64,000 nucleotides of DNA, taken from Patescibacteria group bacterium (lineage in GTDB: Bacteria; Patescibacteriota; Patescibacteriia; Patescibacteriales; UBA12465). Made by a program: the position numbers and the translations under genes. Below, piece by piece: positions 46,765-56,115 of this stretch. Below the pieces are notes generated by a model. The model was not told the origin of the DNA and ran no database searches. It saw only the letters and a list, made by a program, of their open reading frames with translations. The DNA lies in contig JBAZJK010000001.1 of NCBI GenBank assembly GCA_041651355.1, forward strand, positions 165,883-229,882, given 5' to 3'. The stretch's first letter is position 1, and each line of letters starts with the position of its first letter.

Positions 46765-47748
46765 ATGAAATACTCTGTGATTACTGTCGGCGGAGCGACT
46801 GAAGACATTATTTTCTATACCGCCGAAGGTTTGAGCCTCAATAACCCTAAAGATCTCTTGCGTCAGCATCTTCTTGCCTTCGAGGCTGGGGCCAAAGTCA
46901 AGATCGACCGTTCTTGGCCGAGTTTTGGCGGCGGCGCCGCTAACGCGGCTGTTAATTTCGCCGGCCTGGGTCTAAAGTGTGCCACCTTCGTTTGTTTAGG
47001 CAAAGATGATCGCGGCGCCAAAGTTAGAGCCAATTTCAAGAAAAGGGGAGTGGATGTCAAATTCTTATCCTATTCCAAATCACTGGAGACCGGCTTTTCT
47101 TTCGTCTTAATTGATCATAAGAGCAAGGAAAGGATTATTTTTTCTGCTCGGGGCGCTAATAGCGATCTCAGGATCAGCGCGAGCGAGCAACGGCAATTGG
47201 AAAAGAGCAAATGGATCTATATCACCTCCTTGAGCGGCGCTTGGAGCGCTAATCTTAAAGCTATCTTCAAGGTCGCTAAGCCCTTGATCGCTTGGAATCC
47301 GGGAGAAGCGCAGATCAAAGCGGGCGCTAAGTTCCTTAAACCCTTCTTGCAAAAAACTGAATTTTTATTTTTAAATAAAGACGAAGCCGTCGAGCTAGCT
47401 ATCAGCCTGCCTAAGTTCAAGCATTTGCGTCCGACCCATAAGTTTTTTAACGATATCCATAATCTTTGCCAGATTATCAAAAGCCTGGGTCCGAAACGCC
47501 TGGTAATCACCGACGGCCGCCACGGCGCCTATTATTATGACGGTGGCGAAGTTTATGCCCAGACGCCGGCCAAAGAAAAGAAAAGAGTGGACGTGACAGG
47601 CGTCGGCGATGCTTTCAATTCTTCAGTCATCGCGGGTCTGGAAATATACCAAGGCGATATCAAGAAGGCTTTAAGTTTAGCGGCTAGGAATTCGGCAGCC
47701 AAGATCGCCCATCTAGGCGCGCAAACTGGCTTGATTAAGTTAAGATAA
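46765..47748 (+). CDS. PfkB-family carbohydrate kinase
   Basis: VGGATEDII, GGGAANAAV, VDVTGVGDAFNSSVIAG. Confidence 0.85.
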   Translation: MKYSVITVGGATEDIIFYTAEGLSLNNPKDLLRQHLLAFEAGAKVKIDRSWPSFGGGAANAAVNFAGLGLKCATFVCLGKDDRGAKVRANFKKRGVDVKFLSYSKSLETGFSFVLIDHKSKERIIFSARGANSDLRISASEQRQLEKSKWIYITSLSGAWSANLKAIFKVAKPLIAWNPGEAQIKAGAKFLKPFLQKTEFLFLNKDEAVELAISLPKFKHLRPTHKFFNDIHNLCQIIKSLGPKRLVITDGRHGAYYYDGGEVYAQTPAKEKKRVDVTGVGDAFNSSVIAGLEIYQGDIKKALSLAARNSAAKIAHLGAQTGLIKLR

Positions 47749-47752
47749 ATTT

Positions 47753-48205
47753 ATGATCAAAGGCGTAGTGATAAAAAAAATCGAGAGGTATGAAGATGAG
47801 CGCGGTTGGCTGATGGAGATTTTCCGTCAGGACGAGATGAATTTTTCTCCGCTAATGTCCTATGTCAGCCTAACCAAGCCGGGAGTTATAAGAGGACCGC
47901 ATGAACACAAAGCACAGAGCGACGCCTTTGTCTTCATCGGGCCCGGGAGCTTTTCTCTCCATCTTTGGGATCGCCGCGATGATTCCGAAACTAAAGGTGA
48001 AAGCTTGGTTTTGGAGGTGGGAGAGAAGAATCCCTGCCTAGTGATCGTGCCCCCGGGTGTTGTCCATGGCTATAAATGTATTTCTGAGCAAGCAGCCCTG
48101 AGCATCAATTTGCCTGATAAGTTATATAAGGGCCCGAATAAGCAAGAGGAGGTGGATGAAATCCGTTGGGAAAAAGATCCTAGTAGCCCTTATAAGATTC
48201 AATAA
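47753..48205 (+). CDS. RmlC-like cupin (dTDP-4-dehydrorhamnose 3,5-epimerase-related)
   Basis: DERGWLMEIFRQDE, IRGPHEHK, VIVPPGVVHGY. At 150 aa it is shorter than canonical RmlC. Confidence 0.6.
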   Translation: MIKGVVIKKIERYEDERGWLMEIFRQDEMNFSPLMSYVSLTKPGVIRGPHEHKAQSDAFVFIGPGSFSLHLWDRRDDSETKGESLVLEVGEKNPCLVIVPPGVVHGYKCISEQAALSINLPDKLYKGPNKQEEVDEIRWEKDPSSPYKIQ

Positions 48206-48224
48206 TTAAAGGTTCAAATAATAT

Positions 48225-48623
48225 ATGTGCGTTTTTTGCCAGATAATTAGCCAAGAGATTCCAGCCTACAGGGTCTACGAGGATGAAAAAACCTTGGCTT
48301 TCTTAGATAATCACCCGACTAGTCCGGGTCATACCTTAGTTGTGCCTAAAAGCCATTATGCTAATTTAGAGGAGATAAGTGACGAGGATTTGGCCGCGTT
48401 GATATCGACTGTCAAGAAGGTCGGACGTTTGTTGAAAGATAAGCTTGGCATTGCCGGCTATAATGTCAATGAAAATAACGATCCGGTAGCCGGGCAAGTG
48501 GTCAATCATCTTCATTTCCACGTGATTCCGCGGACGGAAAATGACGGCCTGACTCTCTGGCAGGGGAATGATTATAAGCCCGGAGAAGTGGAGGATTTAA
48601 TAAATAAGTTAACTAGTCTATGA
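48225..48623 (+). CDS. HIT-family (Hint-like) nucleotide hydrolase/transferase
   Basis: CVFCQI, and the histidine triad HLHFHVIPR. Confidence 0.9.
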   Translation: MCVFCQIISQEIPAYRVYEDEKTLAFLDNHPTSPGHTLVVPKSHYANLEEISDEDLAALISTVKKVGRLLKDKLGIAGYNVNENNDPVAGQVVNHLHFHVIPRTENDGLTLWQGNDYKPGEVEDLINKLTSL

Positions 48624-49585
48624 AAATCCTGGTTACCGGCGGTGCCGGTTTTATCGGTTCCAATTTTATCCGTTATTGGTTGGATAAATATCCTCAAGAT
48701 GAAATTATTAATCTTGACCTTTTGACCTATGCCGGCAACCTGGATAATTTGTTAGCTGTTTCTGACCGTCCTAACTATCGTTTTGTCCAAGGCGATATTT
48801 GCGATGCAGCCCTAGTTGACAGCCTGTTAACCGGAGTCGAGCTGATTGTCCATTTTGCGGCGGAGAGCCATGTCGACCGTTCCATTAAAAATAGCGCCGA
48901 CTTCATCAAGACAAATATCGAGGGTACTAGAGTGCTGCTAGAAGCTGCCAAGAATCATGGCAATATCAGATTTCATCATATCTCCACTGATGAGGTCTTC
49001 GGTTCTTTAGATTTTTCAGCGCCTAAATTCACAGAAAAGAGTCCCTATGACCCTCATTCACCCTATAGCGCCTCAAAGGCGGCGGCTGACCATCTAGTTC
49101 GAGCTTATTTCCATACCCATAAATTACCGATTACTATTTCCAATTGTTCTAACAACTATGGGCCCTACCAGTATCCAGAAAAGTTCATTCCTCTATTTAT
49201 TACCAATTTGTTAGAAGGGAAGAAGGTGCCAGTATATGGGCAAGGGGCGAATATCCGTGATTGGATCCACGTCGATGACCATAATTATGGAGTTGATTTG
49301 ATTATTAAACAGGGCCAGATAGGTGAGACCTATTGTTTAGGGGGTGATCAAGAGAAGACGAATTTAGAAATTACCAAGTTAATCCTGGACCTGATGGGGC
49401 AGACAGAAGAGATGATAGAATATGTCAGTGACCGACCCGGCCATGACCTGCGTTATGCGATCGATTTTACTAAAGCTAAAAATGAGTTAAATTTTTCTCC
49501 GCGGCGGGATTTTGCTTCCGGCCTTAAAGAAACCGTGGCTTGGTATAGCACCAATCGTTCATGGTGGGAGAAGTTAAAAAAATAA
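48620..49585 (+). CDS. rfbB: dTDP-glucose 4,6-dehydratase
   Basis: VTGGAGFIGSNF, AAESHVDRS, YSASKAAADHLVRAY. ATGA overlap with the upstream HIT gene. Confidence 0.95.
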   Translation: MKILVTGGAGFIGSNFIRYWLDKYPQDEIINLDLLTYAGNLDNLLAVSDRPNYRFVQGDICDAALVDSLLTGVELIVHFAAESHVDRSIKNSADFIKTNIEGTRVLLEAAKNHGNIRFHHISTDEVFGSLDFSAPKFTEKSPYDPHSPYSASKAAADHLVRAYFHTHKLPITISNCSNNYGPYQYPEKFIPLFITNLLEGKKVPVYGQGANIRDWIHVDDHNYGVDLIIKQGQIGETYCLGGDQEKTNLEITKLILDLMGQTEEMIEYVSDRPGHDLRYAIDFTKAKNELNFSPRRDFASGLKETVAWYSTNRSWWEKLKK

Positions 49586-49589
49586 TCAT

Positions 49590-50021
49590 ATGTCCAAGAA
49601 AATTTTTATCATCGAGGATGACACTAATATCCTGTATGCCCTAGAGGCCCAGTTTGCCGCCGAAGAGTTTATCGTGGAAACCAGTAATGGTGAAGAAGAT
49701 CCGGAAGAGCTTTTTAAGCGCTTACGTCGTTTTTCTCCCGACTATATCGTCTTAGATGTGATTTTGCCGACTTCAGACGGTTTTGACGTCTTAAAGAAAA
49801 TCCGTGAGGATGAGGAATTGAATGAAGCTAGGATTTTTGTCTTTACCGATATCAGCGATGAGGATAATAAGCATCGTTCTCTAGAGCTGGGAGCTGACTA
49901 TTTCTTCTTCAAAGAGGATTTTGATACCTATGAATTCGTGGAGAAAGTTAAATCGATCGTCCGTAATGCCAGTAAGGAAAGGGAAGAGGAAACCGAAGAC
50001 GATCGGGATTATGATGAATAG
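49590..50021 (+). CDS. Stand-alone response-regulator receiver domain with an acidic tail
   Basis: KIFIIEDD, IVLDVILPTSDGFDVLKKIR, and C-terminal EREEETEDDRDYDE. No output domain and no adjacent kinase. Confidence 0.85.
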   Translation: MSKKIFIIEDDTNILYALEAQFAAEEFIVETSNGEEDPEELFKRLRRFSPDYIVLDVILPTSDGFDVLKKIREDEELNEARIFVFTDISDEDNKHRSLELGADYFFFKEDFDTYEFVEKVKSIVRNASKEREEETEDDRDYDE

Positions 50022-50051
50022 ATTAGTAGTTAGCCGCATTTAAAGCTTTTT

Positions 50052-50088
50052 AAAAAGCGTCATCCGTTTGAGCGGATAACGCTTTTTT
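50052..50088. terminator. Bidirectional intrinsic terminator
   Basis: AAAAGCGTCATCCG TTTGAG CGGATAACGCTTTT with flanking A and T runs, between convergent genes. Confidence 0.8.
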
Positions 50089-50089
50089 G

Positions 50090-50602
50090 TTAGTGGAGAC
50101 AATAACGCAGTATTTGTTCCGCCTGGGGATTGCGATCGAAGAGGTGAAATTTAACATGATTAAAAGCGACCTTGATATCCGGGTCTTCCGGCCAAGCTGT
50201 AGCCACCGATTCAACCAAGTAAAAGGCAGCCAGACTGATCGCTTCATCAATATTTTCTTGATGGCCGGAAAAGGAATAGATGTAGCGGTAGCCTCTTAAG
50301 GCGCCGGCAAATTCATTGTTAGCCGGGTTCCGGCTTTCCCAGGACAAACAATGTCCGGGATTATTGAATAACCTTTGGCCTTTTTCTTGGCTCAGATGCA
50401 AATATCTGGCCTGTTTTTCTTCAGGGATTATTCCGCAAGCCAGGATGAGGACGATTTGGCCGGTTTTGGCATGTCGAATAGTTAGGTAACCGCCGCTACG
50501 GCGATTTTCTTCAGATAAGGCTGCATTTGCCCTAGCGATTATGTCATTGATAATTGCGTGGACTCTGGCAACGTTTTTCAGGAATTCTTCAGCTGTTTTC
50601 AT
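50090..50602 (-). CDS. Hypothetical protein (170 aa), lone minus-strand gene
   Basis: ORF bounded by its own promoter and a bidirectional terminator. There is only a weak, unverified resemblance of ..SFSGHQENIDEAISLAA to GlcG/DUF336-type motifs. Confidence 0.5.
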   Translation of the reverse strand: MKTAEEFLKNVARVHAIINDIIARANAALSEENRRSGGYLTIRHAKTGQIVLILACGIIPEEKQARYLHLSQEKGQRLFNNPGHCLSWESRNPANNEFAGALRGYRYIYSFSGHQENIDEAISLAAFYLVESVATAWPEDPDIKVAFNHVKFHLFDRNPQAEQILRYCLH

Positions 50603-50641
50603 GTTTAGAGGTTTTGGAAAGATCTAATTGGTAATCGTTTG

Positions 50642-50670
50642 ATATTAACTGAAAAATCTATTTATGTCAA
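50642..50670 (-). promoter_or_regulatory. Sigma70-type promoter for the 170-aa gene
   Basis: Minus-strand TTGACA, 17-nt spacer, TAATAT. Confidence 0.55.
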
Positions 50671-50704
50671 TATTTAAGGTTTTGTTAAGCAAATTAAGCT
50701 AAAT

Positions 50705-50733
50705 TTGACTAATCCCTAAAAAGTCGCTAAAAT
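50705..50733 (+). promoter_or_regulatory. Sigma70-type promoter for the second mreB, implying a leaderless or near-leaderless mRNA
   Basis: TTGACT, 17-nt spacer, TAAAAT. The -10 ends 8 nt before the ATG at 50742. Confidence 0.6.
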
Positions 50734-50741
50734 TAGTAATT

Positions 50742-51749
50742 ATGTTTATCAAACGGATCGGGATTGATCTCGGGACAACTTATACGCTCGTTCATCTGCC
50801 AAAACGGGGCATAGTTATCAATGAGCCCAGCGTGGTGGCGGTTTCTTTAGATGATCGGAAAGTCTTAGCCGTCGGTAATGAGGCTAAAGATATGTTAGGT
50901 CGAACCCCGGATACGATCATGGCGGTCAAACCTCTTAAAGACGGGGTGATTGCTGATTATAAGGCGACGGAAGCGATGATCCGTTATTTTATCAACAAGA
51001 GCCTGGGCGGCGTGCGCTTGTTCCGTCCGGAAGTCATGGTGGCCGTTCCGGCCGGTATTTCTTCTACAGAAAGACGGGCGGTCATCGAAGCCACTATTGC
51101 CGCCGGAGCTAAGGCGGCCTATATCATTAAAGAACCGGTAGCGGCCGCGATTGGTGCTGATATCCCGATCGGTTCAGCCACTGGCCACATGATCGTTGAT
51201 GTCGGCGGCGGCACCGCGGAAATGGCCGTTATCTCTTTAGGTGGTATCGTAGCTTCCTCTTCAGTCCGGGTCGGCGGTAATCGTTTTGATGCTTCCATCC
51301 TGGAACATATCCGCCGCAAATATAATCTGGCTATCGGTGAAAGGACAGCTGAAGAAATCAAGATCAATATCGGTTCCGCCTTGTTTATCGAAGATAAATT
51401 ATATATGGAAGTCAGGGGTCGAGATATCGCTACTGGTTTGCCGCGGAGTCTAACCGTTTCCAGTGATGACGTCACTGAGGCAATCCAGAATGAGCTGGAG
51501 ATGATTATTTCGGCCATCAAGAAAGTCTTGCACAAGACGCCGCCGGAGTTAGCGGCTGATATTATGGATAAGGGGATCATTTTATCTGGCGGTAGCGCTT
51601 TATTGCGGAATATCGACCAGCTGATCGCTCGCACCATGGGCGTTCCTGCCTATGTTGCCGATGACGCCCTCTTGTGCGTAGTTAAAGGCACAGGCATTGC
51701 TTTAGAGAACTTAGATTCCTATAAACGCAGTATTTTGGCAACCAAATAA
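50742..51749 (+). CDS. mreB: MreB paralog (Mbl/MreBH-like)
   Basis: GIDLGTTYTLVH, DVGGGTAEMAVISL, GIILSGGSALLRNID. Confidence 0.9.
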   Translation: MFIKRIGIDLGTTYTLVHLPKRGIVINEPSVVAVSLDDRKVLAVGNEAKDMLGRTPDTIMAVKPLKDGVIADYKATEAMIRYFINKSLGGVRLFRPEVMVAVPAGISSTERRAVIEATIAAGAKAAYIIKEPVAAAIGADIPIGSATGHMIVDVGGGTAEMAVISLGGIVASSSVRVGGNRFDASILEHIRRKYNLAIGERTAEEIKINIGSALFIEDKLYMEVRGRDIATGLPRSLTVSSDDVTEAIQNELEMIISAIKKVLHKTPPELAADIMDKGIILSGGSALLRNIDQLIARTMGVPAYVADDALLCVVKGTGIALENLDSYKRSILATK

Positions 51750-51761
51750 TTTTTTAAATAT

Positions 51762-52973
51762 ATGACTATCGGAATCGACGCTTCACGCGCTAATCGTCGA
51801 TATAAAACCGGTACCGAGTGGTATTCATTTTATGTTATAAAAAATTTAGCGGAAATCGATCACGAGAATAAGTACGTCCTCTATACCAGCAATTTGCCGT
51901 CTTCGGAATTGCAAGAAATCATCCGTGATCATCCTAATTTTTCCCTTAAGGTTTTAAAGTGGCCTTTTAATTTTTTCTGGACCTTGGGCCGGCTGTCGAT
52001 CGAAATGATTTTCTATCGTCCCGATATCCTATTCGTGCCCGCTCATACTTTGCCTCTGTTCCAGCCGAGGAAGACGATTACTACTATCCATGACATCGCT
52101 TTCACTAGGGAAAAAGCTCTTTATTTCCAGCATAAGCTGCCGACGACCACCCGTTTGGGGGAACTCATCCTTAATAATTTCGTGAAGATCATCACTTTTT
52201 CCAAATATGAGCCCAATTCCGTTGATTATTTGGATTGGTCGACCAGATATGCTTTTAAAAGAGCTAAAAAGATCATCACCGTATCCGATTTTACCAAACA
52301 GGAGATTTTAGACGTTTATCCTCAAGCCAAGGCTGATAAGATCGTTAGTATCCATAACGGTTATAATAATGATTTATATAAGAAGATCGATGATCCGCAA
52401 AGGATCGATAGCATTTTAGAGAAATATGGCTTAGAGCGGCCGTATTTTTTGTATGTCGGACGCTTGGAAAAGAAGAAAAACACCCCAGCTTTAATTGAGG
52501 CTTTTGCCCTCTTCAAAGAGAAAAACCCCGGCTATAACTATAAATTAGTCTTAATCGGCAGTGCTAGCTATGGCTTCGATGAAGTTAAATATGCGATCGA
52601 AGAATATAATTTGAATAAGGATGTCATCATGCCCGGTTGGGTGGAAGAATATGACATGCCCTATGTCTATAACGGAGCGGTCGGCTTCATCTTTCCTACC
52701 AAGCACGAGGGTTTCGGCATCCCGGTCATTCAATCCTTAGCTTGCGGTTTGCCGACAGCCGTCTCCGATATCCCGGTTCTCAGAGAAGTGGCTGGCGATT
52801 CGGTTATGTATTTTAACCCTAACCAACGTGAATCAATCGCCCAGGCTATGGAGAGTCTAGTTACCGACCAGCTTCAACGAGAAGAACTGATTAAAAAAGG
52901 CTATCTTACCGCCCAGGAATTCAGCTGGCGCAAGTGCGCCGAAGAAACTTGGCGAGAGATAATGAGCTTGTAA
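51762..52973 (+). CDS. Glycosyltransferase, GT4
   Basis: HEGFGIPVIQSLACGLPTAVSD. Confidence 0.85.
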   Translation: MTIGIDASRANRRYKTGTEWYSFYVIKNLAEIDHENKYVLYTSNLPSSELQEIIRDHPNFSLKVLKWPFNFFWTLGRLSIEMIFYRPDILFVPAHTLPLFQPRKTITTIHDIAFTREKALYFQHKLPTTTRLGELILNNFVKIITFSKYEPNSVDYLDWSTRYAFKRAKKIITVSDFTKQEILDVYPQAKADKIVSIHNGYNNDLYKKIDDPQRIDSILEKYGLERPYFLYVGRLEKKKNTPALIEAFALFKEKNPGYNYKLVLIGSASYGFDEVKYAIEEYNLNKDVIMPGWVEEYDMPYVYNGAVGFIFPTKHEGFGIPVIQSLACGLPTAVSDIPVLREVAGDSVMYFNPNQRESIAQAMESLVTDQLQREELIKKGYLTAQEFSWRKCAEETWREIMSL

Positions 52974-53030
52974 AATAGGGAGGAATCTAAACTTTTTCTA
53001 AAATAGAATATATGCTAAGATTAAGATGTT

Positions 53031-55073
53031 ATGAGGAAATCAGTAACATCTTTTTTAATATTATCCAGCTTGGTTTTAAGCGGCGTCTTTTTTCGTAGCA
53101 CCTACCTGACTCAAGCAGCTGACCCCAAGGATCCTTACTATTTCTATCAATGGTATCTGCCTAAGATCGGCGCGGAGTTAGCTTGGGACAAGATTAGCGC
53201 CAGTCCGAATATCACTATCGCTGTGATTGACTCCGGGGTGCAGATTGACCATCCTGATTTGAAAGATAATATCTGGCTCAATACTCGAGAAATTCCTGGC
53301 AATGGCTTAGATGATGACAAGAATGGTTTTATCGACGATACCCAGGGTTGGGATTTTATTGAAAATAAAGCTGATCCCCGGCCTAAATTCAGTCCCGGGT
53401 GGACGGAATCAGGCATATCCCACGGTACTATTATCGCTGGTATTATCGCTGCCGTCGGTCAGAATCAGCAAGGAGTGGCCGGCGTGACTTGGAGGGCTAA
53501 GCTGATGCCGCTTCGAGTCTTAGATGACCGCGGTGAAGGCCGCTTGGGTGATGTGGTGAGAGCGGTCGATTACGCGGTGAATAATGGAGCAGATGTAATC
53601 AATCTGAGTTTTGTCAGCTTTAATTACAGTGAAGCCTTGCAAGCGGCTATCAGACGCGCCTATCAAGCAGGCGTTATCGTGGTCGCGGCAGCCGGTAATG
53701 AACAATCAGCCGGCAGTGGCTATAACACCGACAAGGATCCGATCTATCCGGCTTGCTATGACGGTGAGCACGGGGAAAATATGGTTTTGGGAGTAGCAGC
53801 CACCGACGCTTTGGATCAGAAGGCAAAATTTTCCAGTTACGGCTATAATTGCGTCGATATCGCCGCTCCAGGCGTGAGTTTTTTTAGTACCATCACTAAA
53901 GGTGGTAACCCTAACGATTCTGATAAGCTCTATGATGGCTTCTGGTCCGGAACCTCGATGGCCGCGCCGATAATTTCCGGCACGATTGCCTTAATGGAGG
54001 AAATTAACCCCGATCTGAGTCGACAGGAGATTATCGATATCCTGTTCAATTCCGCTACCGATATCAGCCAGCTTAACCCCGCCTATCCAGGGCAGTTGGG
54101 CCACGGCCGGGTTAATGCGGCCCTAGCGGTGGAAGTGGCCAGGGAAAGGCTATTTACTAAATCAGGTAAGATCCTGATTACGCCGGTGAAGAATAATAAT
54201 AAATTAGCGATTGTTAATAATAACGGAGCAATTTTCAAGGAGCTACCCTTGAATGAGAAGGGCCGGATTTCCTTGATAGCTGGCGACGTCAACGGCGATG
54301 GCCAGGATGAGATCATTCTGGCGCCGGGCCAGGGAAGCGAGCCGGTAGTCAAGATATTTAATGCTAACGGCAAGCTGCTCAAGCAGCTTTTGGTGGCTGA
54401 TAAAAGCTTTCGGGGCGGAATCAGCGTCGCGAGCGGCGATGTCGATGGTGACGGGCAGGACGAGATTGTTACTATTTCAGCCACTAGCGGTTCGAGCCAG
54501 CTGAAGATTTTTAATTATCAAGGACAATTAAAGAAGCAGTTTTTCGTCGATAGCAAGAAATATCGGGGAGGATTCAATCTGGCCGTCGGTAATCTAGATG
54601 GTGCCGGCAATGCGGAAATCGTGGTCGCTTATGGCGCCGGAGCCAGGCCGATCCTGAAAATCTTTAATTACCAAGGCAAGCTGCAGGGAGAATTCATGCC
54701 TTATGATAAGAATTTTAAGGGAGGAATAAAGGTGGCGATTGCTAATATTGATGGCCGCAATAATCATAATAAGCAAGAAATAATCGTGGCCCCTGGGCCA
54801 GGAACTTTGCCGATAGTCAAGGTTTATGACAACCATGCCAAGTTGAAGCTAAAATTCGAAGCTTATAACTCTAATTGGCAGGGAGGAGTCAATATCGCTG
54901 CTGGGGACTTAAATAGCGACGGCCGGGCGGAAATAATCACAGCCGCTTATCCTGGAGCCGCCCCCCATGTCCGGACTTTTAACAGCAAGGGCGAATTGAT
55001 TGATTCTTTCTATGCCTATGAAGAGAAATTCAACGGCGGAGTCAATGTCGGCTTTATCAAATTAAATAATTAG
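53031..55073 (+). CDS. Secreted S8 subtilisin-like serine protease with C-terminal FG-GAP/VCBS repeats
   Basis: Catalytic triad contexts AVIDSGV, HGTIIAG, GTSMAAP. Five or more repeats of the type GDVNGDGQDEII..P..KIFN..G. Confidence 0.9.
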   Translation: MRKSVTSFLILSSLVLSGVFFRSTYLTQAADPKDPYYFYQWYLPKIGAELAWDKISASPNITIAVIDSGVQIDHPDLKDNIWLNTREIPGNGLDDDKNGFIDDTQGWDFIENKADPRPKFSPGWTESGISHGTIIAGIIAAVGQNQQGVAGVTWRAKLMPLRVLDDRGEGRLGDVVRAVDYAVNNGADVINLSFVSFNYSEALQAAIRRAYQAGVIVVAAAGNEQSAGSGYNTDKDPIYPACYDGEHGENMVLGVAATDALDQKAKFSSYGYNCVDIAAPGVSFFSTITKGGNPNDSDKLYDGFWSGTSMAAPIISGTIALMEEINPDLSRQEIIDILFNSATDISQLNPAYPGQLGHGRVNAALAVEVARERLFTKSGKILITPVKNNNKLAIVNNNGAIFKELPLNEKGRISLIAGDVNGDGQDEIILAPGQGSEPVVKIFNANGKLLKQLLVADKSFRGGISVASGDVDGDGQDEIVTISATSGSSQLKIFNYQGQLKKQFFVDSKKYRGGFNLAVGNLDGAGNAEIVVAYGAGARPILKIFNYQGKLQGEFMPYDKNFKGGIKVAIANIDGRNNHNKQEIIVAPGPGTLPIVKVYDNHAKLKLKFEAYNSNWQGGVNIAAGDLNSDGRAEIITAAYPGAAPHVRTFNSKGELIDSFYAYEEKFNGGVNVGFIKLNN

Positions 55074-55080
55074 CAAATAT

Positions 55081-56100
55081 ATGCCTCAAAAAATTATTTT
55101 TGACAAGAAAAATGTCCTGGTGGCCGGTGGTGCCGGCTTCATCGGCTCTCATCTGTGTGATGAGCTGATCAAGACCTGCAAAGTGATCTGTATCGACAAT
55201 TTTTCTTCCAGCAGTGAAAAGAATATCGATCATCTTCTAGCTAATCCGGATTTCGTTTTTATCAACCATGATCTATCCGAACCCTTAGATTTAGAGGCTT
55301 TACCAGAGCTTAAAAAATTCAAGATCGAATTCCAGGGCTTGCAAGAGGTATATAATTTAGCCTGTCCGATCTCGCCCCGGCGCTTCCTGGAAAATCGCTT
55401 GAATATCCTCCTGGCTAATTCTTTTGTCGTGAAGCATTTGTTAGATTACACTGTTAAATATGAGGCCAAGTTTCTGCAGTTTTCCTCCTCGGTAGTCTAT
55501 GGCAATCGCCAAACTAGCCAGAATCTTCAGGTAAAAGAAGAGGATTTAGGGCTTGTGGATAACCTATCGGAACGCAGCGCCTACGACGAAGGCGAACGTT
55601 TTGCCGAGACTATGGTCTTTAACTATCGCCAGATTTACGGGATAGATGCCAAGATAGTCAGGGTATTTCGGACATACGGGCCTCGGATGGAGCTTAATGA
55701 TGACCAGATGATTCCCGATATGGTCCTTAATGCTCTTAACAACCAGGATCTAGTCATTTTCGGCGGTCCGGAATTTTCTTCTTCTTTCTGCTATATCGAC
55801 GATATTATCGACGGTGCTCTTAAAGTCATGAATTCTGCGCTTAATGGCCCGATTAACCTCGGCTCTGATGTCGATATAAAATTAGCGGACCTAGCGGCCA
55901 TGATTATTGCCGCCGCCGGTTCGCAATCTAAAATCGTTCACGCTGAAACTAAGTTATTTATGAGCGAGTTGCTCTTGCCGGATATCCACAAGGCTAGGAA
56001 CGAATTGAACTGGATGCCGGTGGTGACTTTGGAAAATGGTATCAAAAAAACCGTGTTTGCTCTTAGAGCCAATACCCAGCTTAGAGGCCTAGATGGCTAG
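55081..56100 (+). CDS. UDP-glucuronate decarboxylase-like extended SDR with a degenerate catalytic motif
   Basis: GGAGFIGSHL Rossmann motif and RVFRTYGPRM. The expected YDEGK reads YDEGE, and the expected TSEVYG reads SSVVYG. Confidence 0.75.
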   Translation: MPQKIIFDKKNVLVAGGAGFIGSHLCDELIKTCKVICIDNFSSSSEKNIDHLLANPDFVFINHDLSEPLDLEALPELKKFKIEFQGLQEVYNLACPISPRRFLENRLNILLANSFVVKHLLDYTVKYEAKFLQFSSSVVYGNRQTSQNLQVKEEDLGLVDNLSERSAYDEGERFAETMVFNYRQIYGIDAKIVRVFRTYGPRMELNDDQMIPDMVLNALNNQDLVIFGGPEFSSSFCYIDDIIDGALKVMNSALNGPINLGSDVDIKLADLAAMIIAAAGSQSKIVHAETKLFMSELLLPDIHKARNELNWMPVVTLENGIKKTVFALRANTQLRGLDG

Positions 56101-56115
56101 AATTTACCTGAAATT

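Noticed and set aside
51119-51637. 172-aa antisense ORF inside the second mreB. Similar long antisense ORFs occur at 25315-25755, 26079-26471, 30906-31343, 31685-32110, 44711-45112, 54083-54484, 11806-12192 and 28067-28471.
   Set aside because: Each lies entirely within a strongly supported gene on the opposite strand. Their translations are low-complexity (rich in S, P, L, R and A) with no recognisable motifs and no start or stop signals of their own. These are typical shadow ORFs.
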